From: an uncultured Tidjanibacter sp.
GTDB lineage: Bacteria > Bacteroidota > Bacteroidia > Bacteroidales > Rikenellaceae
Length of the DNA stretch: 64,000 nt
Assembly (NCBI GenBank): GCA_944326085.1
Contig: CALVCL010000002.1
Location: 139,867-203,866 of the forward strand
Reading direction: 5' to 3'
Under the pieces are notes generated by a model that saw nothing but the letters and a program-made list of their open reading frames with translations, was not told the DNA's origin and did no database searches. Below, piece by piece: positions 29,142-39,064 of this stretch. The translations under genes were made by a program, and so were the position numbers. Every line of letters starts with the position of its first letter. The first letter of the stretch is position 1.

Positions 29142-30596
29142 ATGTCAAAAGAAGTAAGACAACTCGAACCCCATATCCTGTGGGAAATATTCGACGACAT
29201 TACCAAGGTACCGCGTCCGTCGAAGAAAGAGGAGAAAATCATAGCATATCTCGAAGAATTCGCCCAGCAGCACCAGCTCGACTACAAGAAGGACGGTGCA
29301 GGCAACATCGTGATGTACAAGAAGGCGACCCCGTCAATGGAAGGCCGTCCAACTGTGGTGCTCCAGAGTCACATGGATATGGTATGCGAAAAGAACTCGG
29401 GGCTTGAATTCGATTTCATGACCGACCCGATACGCACCTATATCGAGGATGGATGGGTAAAGGCACACGGCACAACCCTCGGTGCCGATGACGGCATAGG
29501 TATGGCGACAGCCCTCGCCATGCTTATCAGCAATGACATAGAACACCCTGCCCTCGAAGCGCTCTTCACAGTTGATGAGGAGACCGGTCTAACCGGTGCC
29601 TTCAATCTCGGCAGCGACATGCTGTCGGGCAAATACCTCATCAATCTCGATTCAGAGGACGACGGCGAAATTTTCATCGGATGTGCAGGCGGCATCGACA
29701 CGATAGCCACATTTGAATATGACGAGGAACCGGCTCCCAAAGGCATGACATGGATGCGTGCCGAGATATCAGGACTCAAGGGCGGACACTCAGGTGACAA
29801 CATCAACGATGGTCTCGGCAACTCCAACAAGCTGCTCAACCGCCTGCTGCTCACCGCATCCGACCGTGTAGACCTGCGTCTCCACAGGTTCGAGGGCGGC
29901 AATCTGCGCAATGCTATTCCACGTGAGGCATATGCCATTTTCGGCATACCGTCCGGACGCATCGAAGAGTTCAACATCATTGCCAAGGAATTCGCACAGG
30001 CCATAGAAACCGAATACAGATATACCGATGCAGGCGTAAAGCTCGATATCACGGAAGTGGAGAAACCCGACACCATAATCGATGAAGCCACGCAGCGCAT
30101 GCTTCTGCTTTCGGTACAGAGTGTGGCCAACGGCGTACTGGCAATGAGCCGTGCAATGCCCGGGCTGGTGGAAACATCCTCCAACCTCGCATCCATAAAA
30201 TTCATCCCCGACCGCCGTATAGTGGTAACGTCATCGCAGCGTTCATCGGTTGAAAGCGCCAAAACAGATGCCGCCGCCACAATCAGTGCCACATTCCGCC
30301 TGGCAGGAGCACAGGTCGAACACAGCGAAGGATATCCTGGTTGGGCTCCCGACCCGTCGAGCCATATTCTCAAGGTTGCCGAGGAAGCCTATGAACGTCT
30401 CTTCGGCGTACAACCGAAGGTAAGAGCCATACACGCTGGCCTCGAATGCGGTCTGTTCCTCAAAAAGTATCCCGACCTACAGATGGTTTCCGTCGGCCCG
30501 ACCCTTCGCGGCGTGCACTCGCCCGATGAACGTCTCGAAATAGAAACCGTCACAAAGTTCTGGGCATTCATAAAGGAAATTCTCAAAACGCTGTGA
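29142..30596 (+). CDS. pepD: Aminoacyl-histidine dipeptidase (M20C)
   Basis: LQSHMDMV, TTLGADDGIG, DEETGL, GGHSG, IHAGLECG, HSPDE. Confidence 0.95.
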   Translation: MSKEVRQLEPHILWEIFDDITKVPRPSKKEEKIIAYLEEFAQQHQLDYKKDGAGNIVMYKKATPSMEGRPTVVLQSHMDMVCEKNSGLEFDFMTDPIRTYIEDGWVKAHGTTLGADDGIGMATALAMLISNDIEHPALEALFTVDEETGLTGAFNLGSDMLSGKYLINLDSEDDGEIFIGCAGGIDTIATFEYDEEPAPKGMTWMRAEISGLKGGHSGDNINDGLGNSNKLLNRLLLTASDRVDLRLHRFEGGNLRNAIPREAYAIFGIPSGRIEEFNIIAKEFAQAIETEYRYTDAGVKLDITEVEKPDTIIDEATQRMLLLSVQSVANGVLAMSRAMPGLVETSSNLASIKFIPDRRIVVTSSQRSSVESAKTDAAATISATFRLAGAQVEHSEGYPGWAPDPSSHILKVAEEAYERLFGVQPKVRAIHAGLECGLFLKKYPDLQMVSVGPTLRGVHSPDERLEIETVTKFWAFIKEILKTL

Positions 30597-30607
30597 CACG
30601 GCAACGA

Positions 30608-30659
30608 CATATAACAAGCAACGCCTGCGACTATCATCGCAGGCGTTGCTTGTTATATG
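30608..30659. terminator. 23-bp perfect inverted repeat between convergent genes
   Basis: catataacaagcaacgcctgcga-ctatca-tcgcaggcgttgcttgttatatg. Confidence 0.7.
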
Positions 30660-30669
30660 GGCGACAACA

Positions 30670-31257
30670 TCACGGAAGCCAGTGTATAAGGTTATCATCG
30701 CGATGTTTTCCAATCCATGCCATCAGTTCTTCATAATCACGCACTCCACCGGACAAGACGGCAGCATAGTACTGCGGTCCGGATATATGCATACCGTCGG
30801 GAGTCTCATACTTCAACCGCAGTATAGTATCGCGCGTCTCGTCTGTCAGGGTCTCCGATATGCGCCGCGCCATATTTTCGGCAAAACCGTCGAATGCCGA
30901 CCCGCGCAAAATATGTATCATGTCAACGGTCCAATCCCTGCCGTCAGTATCCCTGTACGTGAGATGCCATTCGAAACATGCCTCCTCCGTATCGGACAGG
31001 TCGGAAAACTCAACATGCTGCACTCCCTTGTGAGAGGCTATGCCGGCTACCGCAGCGAAACTGTCTCGCACTGACAGTATTTCTGTATAGACATGCAGGT
31101 CTATATCGAGATGCTTCACCAACAATCCGGTCGAAAAGCTGCCAACAAGGTTTATCTCCGCCCCAATCTCTTTCCAATGTTCCACAAGTCCTAAACTCCC
31201 GACAAGTTCCGCGGCCCGTTTCATATTGCGGGCAGCCACATCAACATAGCTTTCCAT
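30670..31257 (-). CDS. Pol-beta superfamily nucleotidyltransferase-like protein, function unknown
   Basis: LVGSFSTGL...DIDLHV (GS plus DxD) and a later VDM acidic strand; start uncertain (31257 chosen). Confidence 0.65.
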   Translation of the reverse strand: MESYVDVAARNMKRAAELVGSLGLVEHWKEIGAEINLVGSFSTGLLVKHLDIDLHVYTEILSVRDSFAAVAGIASHKGVQHVEFSDLSDTEEACFEWHLTYRDTDGRDWTVDMIHILRGSAFDGFAENMARRISETLTDETRDTILRLKYETPDGMHISGPQYYAAVLSGGVRDYEELMAWIGKHRDDNLIHWLP

Positions 31258-31477
31258 AAACTTTACACATAAACCCATAAAATATATGCAAGACCTTACG
31301 GTCTGCAACCATATTATTCCTGCACAAAGGCATGTAAAATAATATCATTTTTAGCCAAAATGCATTCCGAGAACGGCAAAATATCGACAAAAAAAGTTTG
31401 CCGACAAGAAATTTTATTGTAACTTTACATTGTAACAAAAATTCATCATACACTAACAATTTAAAAACCGGTTAACC

Positions 31478-32965
31478 ATGAAAAGATTATTCGTGTTTTT
31501 GGCAGCTGCAGCAGCAAGTCTGTTAACTTGGTCTTGCCAAAAAACAGAAGACTCGACACCGTCGTTGTCCGCGAATCCGAAGAGTCTTACCTTCGATGCC
31601 AACGGAGCAGCTCCCCAAATCGTGACAGTAAATGCCAACAATGTAGAATGGGACTATAACCTCAATGCAGATGCAGCCAAATGGGTGACTGTAACCAAAG
31701 AGGGTGCAAGTCTTGAGGTAAGCGTAACCGACAACCCTTATGCCAAGGAACGCCGCGCATCCATCACCCTTGTTTCCAAGACCACAGGTGTCAAGAATGT
31801 AAGCGTCCCCATCACGCAGAAAGCATCCGACACGCCCGTAGACTTCCAGCTGAACATAGAACCGCGTGTGGTTCAGTTCCCCGCTGAAGGCGACACAAAG
31901 GAGGTAACCATTACCCCTGTAGGTGAAGGCCTTACATACGAAGTAGCCCCTGTGGACAGCGAGTATGCAGATTGGCTCTCCTATACCCAGACCGAAACCG
32001 GCCTGTCGATAACGGTTGAGCCATCTGAAGATACCAACATGCGTACCGGCTCCATCACCATCATTGCAAGCGAACCTTCAATAGGTGTTGACGGAAAGTT
32101 AGCCATTGCGATACAGCAGGATGCTTACGTTGCACCTCCCTCCTTGGCTTATACCATTACGCCCGGCGACGGCCAAGTTGACGGCAACACCATCACGCTG
32201 CCTTTCAACTATCAGGGTATGAACCAGAAGATAGTAGCAATTACCGTAAATGCAGTCAACTGCGAATGGAAAGTTTCGGTAGACAACACGTGGTTGATAG
32301 TTAACCAGGCTCAGATAGAAGGTGAAGAGCTGGTTAACCTCAACCTTTCCAGCGAGACTTTCAACACAACCGGTGAGGACCAGACTGCAACAATTACCAT
32401 AACTACCGATGCAGAAGGTGTAGGTCCGTTCGAAATTACAGTAGTGCGCAAGCCCGGAACCGCAGGACAAAGCACTATCACCGAGAATACCACAATGGGT
32501 ACTATAACCTCCACGAATGTATCTGTAAAGGACAATGAAACATATGCCCGTTGGACACTTGAACTGTTCACCGGCGATGTGAAACCGAACGTCATACTTG
32601 GTTACGACGGCATAGGTGAAAGACTTCACATATTCTTCAACTCCACGCCTGTAACAATCGAAGATGACGGTTCAGCCAAGTTGCCTGCAGGCACATACAC
32701 GGTAACGGCTGAAGCTGCAACAGAACATACTGTAAATACGATAGAACAGGGTGACCCGAACGTATTCAACATTGCCAACTTCCCTGTGGGCACATGGTAC
32801 GTAAAACAGAGTGGTAAAGGCCAGGTAGATTCCAAGGCCCTTATCACCGAAGGTACCATGAAAGTAACCGACAACGGAGACGGCACCTACAAACTGGATG
32901 TCAAATTCAAGTGCGACAGCGGCTATGAGGTAAATGCAACATACAATGGAGCATTGACATTCTAA
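31478..32965 (+). CDS. Surface lipoprotein with about three BACON-like Ig modules and a C-terminal beta domain
   Basis: Lipobox LTWSC followed by QKTED (export-signal-like); repeats with W-[VL] and R-x-[AG]-x-I-T patterns. Confidence 0.78.
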   Translation: MKRLFVFLAAAAASLLTWSCQKTEDSTPSLSANPKSLTFDANGAAPQIVTVNANNVEWDYNLNADAAKWVTVTKEGASLEVSVTDNPYAKERRASITLVSKTTGVKNVSVPITQKASDTPVDFQLNIEPRVVQFPAEGDTKEVTITPVGEGLTYEVAPVDSEYADWLSYTQTETGLSITVEPSEDTNMRTGSITIIASEPSIGVDGKLAIAIQQDAYVAPPSLAYTITPGDGQVDGNTITLPFNYQGMNQKIVAITVNAVNCEWKVSVDNTWLIVNQAQIEGEELVNLNLSSETFNTTGEDQTATITITTDAEGVGPFEITVVRKPGTAGQSTITENTTMGTITSTNVSVKDNETYARWTLELFTGDVKPNVILGYDGIGERLHIFFNSTPVTIEDDGSAKLPAGTYTVTAEAATEHTVNTIEQGDPNVFNIANFPVGTWYVKQSGKGQVDSKALITEGTMKVTDNGDGTYKLDVKFKCDSGYEVNATYNGALTF

Positions 32966-32982
32966 CATTACAGTTTAATTTT

Positions 32983-33017
32983 AAATATGCCGGTGCATCA
33001 GCACCGGCATATTTTTT
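32983..33017 (+). terminator. Terminator after the BACON lipoprotein
   Basis: aaatatgccggtgc-atca-gcaccggcatattt plus a T-run. Confidence 0.85.
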
Positions 33018-33107
33018 ACACATATCATAACTTCACATGATGCCGCCCGAACGAAACTTTTCCATAACTTTGCAATCAATCAGGCAAACACAATGCCAAC
33101 CAATGCA

Positions 33108-33602
33108 ATGGACAGCTTTGCAGCAATAGATTTTGAAACGGCCAATGGTCAACGATCCAGCGTATGCAGTGTTGGATTGGTAACGGTACGCGACGGCGAA
33201 ATATGCGACAAGTTCTACAGCCTGATACGTCCCAGACCAAACTACTATTCGGAATTCTGCACAATAATACACGGTTTAGCATATCACGACACGGTAGATG
33301 CGCCGCAGTTTCCGGAAGTGTGGGAGAAAGCCGCCTTTCTAATAGGCAACCTGCCTCTCGTGGCGCACAACAGTCCTTTCGACGAAGGCTGCCTGCGCGC
33401 CGTATTCAACATCTACGGCATGAAATATCCCGACTATGCATTCCACTGCACACTGAGAGCATCGCGCCGCAGGTTCGGCAAAACTCTGCCAAACCACAAG
33501 CTGAATACCGTAGCGGCAGCATGCGGCTATGATCTTATGGCACATCATCACGCCCTTGCCGATGCTGAAGCCTGCGCCGCAATAGCATTGCAGATATTAT
33601 AG
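33108..33602 (+). CDS. DEDDh 3'-5' exonuclease (DNA Pol III epsilon-like)
   Basis: AIDFETAN, VAHNSPFD, HHALADA. Confidence 0.9.
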   Translation: MDSFAAIDFETANGQRSSVCSVGLVTVRDGEICDKFYSLIRPRPNYYSEFCTIIHGLAYHDTVDAPQFPEVWEKAAFLIGNLPLVAHNSPFDEGCLRAVFNIYGMKYPDYAFHCTLRASRRRFGKTLPNHKLNTVAAACGYDLMAHHHALADAEACAAIALQIL

Positions 33603-33652
33603 CCTGCATGACAGTAGGTATCACACATGTGCTTTTTTCATCAATTTTAGGT

Positions 33653-33684
33653 ATTGCCCATGCCTGTGTCCTGCCATATCTTTG
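33653..33684 (+). promoter_or_regulatory. Sigma-A-like promoter of the hemerythrin-LuxR pair
   Basis: ATTG-N20-TATCTTTG. Confidence 0.55.
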
Positions 33685-33799
33685 CAATCAAATAAAAAAG
33701 ATTTTTAGCCATTTCTTTCAAGACAGGCAAGGTCGACCGGCAAGGTCGGCCTTTGACCATTGGAACTTGAGTATTATCGCCGGTATAAACTGAAACTAC

Positions 33800-34495
33800 A
33801 TGCACAGAATAGGAAAATACACGAAAGACGACCTCATGAGCGAACTGGTAAGCGACAACTACAGGGTATTGCTCGTAATGAGCCGCTTCGGGATAGGTTT
33901 AGGTTTCGGCGACAGCACGATAGACGAGGTATGCCGCAGAAACGGTGTCGATACGGTAACATTCATTACCGTTGCCAACATGCTGCTGCATGACGAAGTT
34001 CCCAACGGCATCTGCGAAAAGATATCAATGCAGTCACTGCTGCAATACCTGCACAACTCACATGACTATTTTCTTGGGTTCCGCCTGCCTGCAATACGCA
34101 ATAAGCTGCTTCGGTCGGTAGGAACAGGTGATGATCTTTCGCGTGCCATAATACACTATTTCGATGAATACATAGCGGGGGTCAACACCCACATGACCTA
34201 CGAAGAAGAGGTTGTATTTCCCTATGTTCACTCGCTCCTCGACGGACATCTCCAGGAGGACTATAACATAGATGTATTCAGCCGCCGCCACGACCAGGTA
34301 GAGACACTGCTCACCGAGTTCAAGAACATCTTTATCAAATACTATCCTTCGGCCAGTACAAACGAAATCAACAGCGTGCTGTTCGACATATTCGACTGCG
34401 AATACGACCTTGCATCGCACAATGCCGTAGAAGACCTGCTGTTCGTACCATCCGTAAGTGCGCTGGAGAAAAAAGTGGAGGAGGCAAACAAATGA
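33800..34495 (+). CDS. Hemerythrin/RIC-like di-iron domain protein with ScdA-N-like N-terminus
   Basis: RFGIGLGFGDSTIDEVC; His/Glu ligand pattern HNSHDYF, HMTYEEEVVFP, HDQVE, HNAVEDLLF. Confidence 0.82.
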   Translation: MHRIGKYTKDDLMSELVSDNYRVLLVMSRFGIGLGFGDSTIDEVCRRNGVDTVTFITVANMLLHDEVPNGICEKISMQSLLQYLHNSHDYFLGFRLPAIRNKLLRSVGTGDDLSRAIIHYFDEYIAGVNTHMTYEEEVVFPYVHSLLDGHLQEDYNIDVFSRRHDQVETLLTEFKNIFIKYYPSASTNEINSVLFDIFDCEYDLASHNAVEDLLFVPSVSALEKKVEEANK

Positions 34496-35109
34496 GTGCC
34501 GCTGTCAAGATAACATTAGCCGAACCGTCGGTAATAATCCGCAGTGGCATTATCGCCGTCCTGAACGGTGCCGAACGCCTAAAGGCAGAAATTTACGAGG
34601 TCGGAGAAATCGACCAGCTCAAATCCGCACTGTCCAGACAGCACCCAGACATACTTCTGGTCAACCCTGCCACGCTTGGACTGTTCTCGCTGCAGCAACT
34701 TAAAAAAGAGACATGCAACACGGAAATGAAATGTGTCGCACTTCAAATTTCCATGACTGACCATGCCGCATTGAGAAACTACGACGAAAGCATATCGGTG
34801 TATGACAGTATCGAAACAGTAATCGAAAAACTCTCCAAACTCATCAACAAGCCCGAACGCGACAACCGTCACGAAACACTATCGGTTCGCGAAAAGGAGG
34901 TCATCGCCTGTGTTGTACAGGGACTGACCAACAAACAGATAGCCGACAGGCTATACATCTCCACCCATACTGTCATCACCCACCGACGCAATATATCGTC
35001 CAAGCTCGGAATCCACAGTCCCGCCGGCCTGACAATATATGCAATAGTTAACAAACTCGTAGAGTTGGATGACATAAAGGACGTTGTCGAAGAACAAATC
35101 CCAGATTAG
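34492..35109 (+). CDS. LuxR-family regulator with an atypical receiver domain (CdhR-like)
   Basis: HTH LSVREKEV...GLTNKQIADRLYISTHTVITHRRNI; Asn in place of the acceptor Asp (DILLVNP); 4-nt overlap with the hemerythrin gene. Confidence 0.85.
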   Translation: MSAAVKITLAEPSVIIRSGIIAVLNGAERLKAEIYEVGEIDQLKSALSRQHPDILLVNPATLGLFSLQQLKKETCNTEMKCVALQISMTDHAALRNYDESISVYDSIETVIEKLSKLINKPERDNRHETLSVREKEVIACVVQGLTNKQIADRLYISTHTVITHRRNISSKLGIHSPAGLTIYAIVNKLVELDDIKDVVEEQIPD

Positions 35110-35137
35110 CAACACCACCGAAAACATACCTAAAACG

Positions 35138-35176
35138 AAATAAGTCTCCCGACCTTTGGACGTAGGAGACTTATTT
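35138..35176. terminator. Bidirectional terminator between the LuxR and ABM genes
   Basis: aaataagtctcc/ggagacttattt stem. Confidence 0.75.
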
Positions 35177-35202
35177 TTCATATACCGACGGACTGTTTTC
35201 TG

Positions 35203-35493
35203 TCAGGCCTTAACGTAACGGTTGACATGTCCCGACTCCACCAGTCCGCTTTTTTTTGCCATCCATTCAGCAAAATGCGATGATGCGTTGTGCAAAGCCA
35301 CCGCATCCGCATCCCTCCACTGCTCTATAAAGCAGAACGCCGACGGGTTGGCCATATCCTCGTACAGGTCATATGAAATATTTCCGCTCTCGGCACGGCT
35401 GCCGGCAATCAACGGCTCCACGGCCGTCAAAAATTCATTCCTCATACCTGGTTTGACCAAGTTTCTCGCAACTATCGTAATCATCAGTTCCAT
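35203..35493 (-). CDS. ABM-family putative quinol monooxygenase
   Basis: SRAESGNISYDL, FIEQW, HNASSHF. Confidence 0.88.
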   Translation of the reverse strand: MELMITIVARNLVKPGMRNEFLTAVEPLIAGSRAESGNISYDLYEDMANPSAFCFIEQWRDADAVALHNASSHFAEWMAKKSGLVESGHVNRYVKA

Positions 35494-35597
35494 AATTTTT
35501 CATCGGCAAAAATACAAATTATAAATACTCGCCATTACAAGCCATTACAATGAAATGTATTACACCATACGATATTGCCATTGCGTGTAATTTTTCG

Positions 35598-35605
35598 TAA
35601 ATTTG
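35598..35605 (+). promoter_or_regulatory. -7 element upstream of ileS
   Basis: TAAATTTG 34 nt before the ATG at 35640. Confidence 0.55.
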
Positions 35606-35639
35606 TAGTTTGAATTCCCAAACAATACAACATACATTT

Positions 35640-38600
35640 ATGAGCAGCAGAAAATTCAATGAATACAAGGGACTAAACCTGGCACTTTTGGGCAAGGAAG
35701 TTCTTGAGGTATGGGACAGGGATGACACGTTCGGCCGCAGCATGACCGAACGCGAAGGTGCCCCCTCGTTCATATTCTATGAGGGACCTCCCTCCGCAAA
35801 CGGCATGCCCGGTATACACCACGTATTGTCGCGCACCATTAAAGACTCCATCTGCCGCTACAAAACCCAGAAAGGGTATCTCGTACGCCGCAAGGCAGGA
35901 TGGGATACTCATGGTCTGCCGGTCGAACTCGGCGTGGAAAAGAAACTGGGTATAACCAAGGAAGATATCGGTCATAAAATTTCCATCGAGGAATACAACC
36001 GCACATGCCGCACGGCAGTCATGGAATTCACAGATGCATGGACCGACCTTACCCGTAAAATGGGCTACTGGGTCGACATCGAACATCCGTACATTACCTA
36101 CGACAACAAATACATCGAAACCCTGTGGTGGATGTTGAAACAACTCTACGACAAGGGACTTCTCTACAAGGGCTACACAATACAGCCTTATTCGCCTGCT
36201 GCAGGCACAGGTCTCAGCAACCACGAGCTCAACCAGCCGGGCTGCTATCGCGATGTCAAGGACACCACATGTACGGCACAGTTCGAAATAGTACGCGATG
36301 AAAAAAGCGAATTTCTCTTCAATAATATTCAGGGAACGCTTTACTTCCTCGCATGGACCACTACTCCGTGGACCCTGCCGTCTAACACAGCACTTGCCGT
36401 AGGCGACAATATAGAATACGTCAAGGTAAAATGCCTCAACCCGTACACCCAGCAGCCGCAGACCGTCATATTGGCCAAGGACCTGCTGCCGTCGTACTTC
36501 ACGGCCAAGATGGAAGGTACATATACGGTATGCGAAAGCATCATGGGTTCCAAACTCGTGGGCATGCACTACCGCCAGCTCATCGACTGGATTAAGCCCA
36601 TGGGCGATGCATTCCGCGTCATATCGGGCGACTATGTCACAACAGTGGACGGCACAGGTATAGTGCACATATCACCAACCTTCGGTGCCGATGACGACCG
36701 TGTTGCAAAACAGGCTGGCATCGTGCCCATGTATGTAATCGACCGTGCCGGCAAAAACCAGCCCATGGTCGACAAACGCGGCCGACTGTTCCGCATCGAG
36801 GACATGGATCCGAAGTTCGTATCCGAGTATGTGAATGCAGATGCCTACCGCAACTGGTCGGGACGTTTCGTAAAGAACGCCTACGACCCTGCGCTCACCG
36901 ACGAGGACACTACACTCGACATCGACATCTCCGTAATGCTAAAGGCTGAGAACAAGGCATTCAAGATAGAGAAGCATGTCCATTCATATCCACACTGCTG
37001 GCGTACCGACAAGCCGGTACTCTACTACCCTCTGGACTCGTGGTTCATTCGCACCACAGCCTTGAAGGACAGGCTTATCGAACTCAACAACACCATAAAC
37101 TGGAAACCGGCTTCAACCGGAGCCGGACGTTTCGGCAAATGGCTCGAAGGTCTGGTTGACTGGAACCTTTCACGCTCGCGTTTCTGGGGCACCCCGCTGC
37201 CTATCTGGGCTACCGAGGACCACTCCGAAATGAAATGCATAGGTTCGGTGGCAGAACTGCGCGACGAAGCAGAAAAGGCTGTAGCGGCAGGCTTTATGAA
37301 ATCCAATCCGCTGGCAGCTTTCCGCGAAGGCGACTTCTCGTCCGAGAACTACAACCTCTTCGACCTACACAGACCATATGTTGATGACATTATTCTCGTA
37401 TCAGACAAGGGACTTCCCATGAAGCGCGAAAGCGACCTCATCGACGTATGGTTCGACAGCGGTGCAATGCCTTATGCACAGGTTCACTACCCGTTCGAGA
37501 TAAACCGCGAGGAGTTCATGAAAAGATTCCCTGCAGACTTCATAGCCGAGGGTGTGGATCAGACACGCGGCTGGTTCTTCACGCTCCACGCACTGGCAAC
37601 AATGCTCTTCGACTCAGTGGCATTCCGCAACATCGTGTCGAACGGTCTTGTGCTCGACAAGAACGGCAACAAGATGAGCAAAAGACTCGGCAATGCCGTA
37701 GACCCGTTCGAGACTATGGACAAATACGGTCCTGACGCACTGCGCTGGTATATGATTTCCAATTCGCAGCCGTGGGACAACCTCAAATTCGACCCTGAAG
37801 GCGTTGACGAAGTACGCCGCAAATTTTTCGGCACGCTTTACAACACTTACGGTTTCTTTGCCCTCTACGCCAACGTCGACGGTTTCACAGGCAAGGAACC
37901 CGAAATACCTGTTGCACAACGTCCCGAGATAGACCGCTGGATAATATCGCTGCTCAACACTCTTATCAAGGAGGTGGGCGAACGCATGGACGATTACGAC
38001 CCCACTCCCGCCGCAAGGCTCATTCAGGATTTCGTAGGCGAGAACCTCTCCAACTGGTACGTGCGCCTCAACCGCAAGCGTTTCTGGGGCGGCGGCATGA
38101 GTGAAGACAAGCTCGCGGCATATCAAACGCTATACACCTGTCTCGAGACTGTATCGCAGCTCATGGCTCCGTTCGCGCCATTCATGGCAGACCGCATATT
38201 CGGCGACCTCAACGCCGTCAGCGAACGTCACTCCGGTTCGGTACACCTTTGCCGCTTCCCCGAAGCTGACACATCGCTCATCAACAAGGAGCTGGAAGAC
38301 ATGATGTCCATTGCCCAGAGGGTATCGTCCATGGTACTTGCCCTCCGCCGCAAGGTGAACATCAAGGTTCGCCAGCCGCTGACCAAGATACTCATCCCCG
38401 TACTTGATGAACGCACCGGACGCCACATCGAGAGTGTCCGCACACTCATTATGAACGAGGTAAACGTCAAGGCTATAGAACTCATAACAGATACGACGGG
38501 CATAATCACGAAGCGCATCAAGCCGAACTTCAAGACCCTCGGCCCGCGCTACGGCAAGCAGATGAAGCAGATTGCCGCACTCGTGGCATCGTTCTCGCAG

Positions 38601-39035
38601 GAGCAGATAGCCGCCATAGAGAGAAGCGACAACTATGTTCTCGACATCGACGGCCAGAAGCTCGACGTTACCCGCGAAGACTTCGAGATAACATCGGAGG
38701 ACATGCCCGGCTGGCTGGTTGCCACGGAAGGCAAGCTCACCGTTGCCCTCGACGTTACCGTCACTGAAGAGTTGCTGCGCGAAGGCATCGCCCGAGAACT
38801 CATCAACCGCATACAGAACATCCGTAAGGACAGCGGTTTCGAGGTGACAGACAAGATACGTGTCGAAATCGGCCGCTGTGAGCTGGTCGAAGGAGCCGTA
38901 ACCGATTTTGCAGGCTATATCTCCTCGCAGACCCTTGCCACCAGTCTAGAACTGGCCGACAAGCCTGCCGGAGATTTCGTACACGATGTCGACATCGACG
39001 AAAAACCCGTTACGATAGCCGTTACGAAAGTCTGA
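35640..39035 (+). CDS. ileS: Isoleucine-tRNA ligase (long type-2 form)
   Basis: GPPSANGMPGIHH (HIGH), GWDTHGLPVE, WTTTPWTLPSN, KMSKR. Confidence 0.97.
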   Translation: MSSRKFNEYKGLNLALLGKEVLEVWDRDDTFGRSMTEREGAPSFIFYEGPPSANGMPGIHHVLSRTIKDSICRYKTQKGYLVRRKAGWDTHGLPVELGVEKKLGITKEDIGHKISIEEYNRTCRTAVMEFTDAWTDLTRKMGYWVDIEHPYITYDNKYIETLWWMLKQLYDKGLLYKGYTIQPYSPAAGTGLSNHELNQPGCYRDVKDTTCTAQFEIVRDEKSEFLFNNIQGTLYFLAWTTTPWTLPSNTALAVGDNIEYVKVKCLNPYTQQPQTVILAKDLLPSYFTAKMEGTYTVCESIMGSKLVGMHYRQLIDWIKPMGDAFRVISGDYVTTVDGTGIVHISPTFGADDDRVAKQAGIVPMYVIDRAGKNQPMVDKRGRLFRIEDMDPKFVSEYVNADAYRNWSGRFVKNAYDPALTDEDTTLDIDISVMLKAENKAFKIEKHVHSYPHCWRTDKPVLYYPLDSWFIRTTALKDRLIELNNTINWKPASTGAGRFGKWLEGLVDWNLSRSRFWGTPLPIWATEDHSEMKCIGSVAELRDEAEKAVAAGFMKSNPLAAFREGDFSSENYNLFDLHRPYVDDIILVSDKGLPMKRESDLIDVWFDSGAMPYAQVHYPFEINREEFMKRFPADFIAEGVDQTRGWFFTLHALATMLFDSVAFRNIVSNGLVLDKNGNKMSKRLGNAVDPFETMDKYGPDALRWYMISNSQPWDNLKFDPEGVDEVRRKFFGTLYNTYGFFALYANVDGFTGKEPEIPVAQRPEIDRWIISLLNTLIKEVGERMDDYDPTPAARLIQDFVGENLSNWYVRLNRKRFWGGGMSEDKLAAYQTLYTCLETVSQLMAPFAPFMADRIFGDLNAVSERHSGSVHLCRFPEADTSLINKELEDMMSIAQRVSSMVLALRRKVNIKVRQPLTKILIPVLDERTGRHIESVRTLIMNEVNVKAIELITDTTGIITKRIKPNFKTLGPRYGKQMKQIAALVASFSQEQIAAIERSDNYVLDIDGQKLDVTREDFEITSEDMPGWLVATEGKLTVALDVTVTEELLREGIARELINRIQNIRKDSGFEVTDKIRVEIGRCELVEGAVTDFAGYISSQTLATSLELADKPAGDFVHDVDIDEKPVTIAVTKV

Positions 39036-39064
39036 AAATCTACAACACAGGCATAACTTTACCG

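Noticed and set aside
35250-35257. A8 run in the ABM gene as a second slippage site
   Set aside because: In frame (ATG GCA AAA AAA AGC) and the ORF is full length
35640-39035. Type-2 IleRS as an acquired mupirocin-resistance gene
   Set aside because: This is the normal housekeeping form in Bacteroidota, in core context with a native promoter
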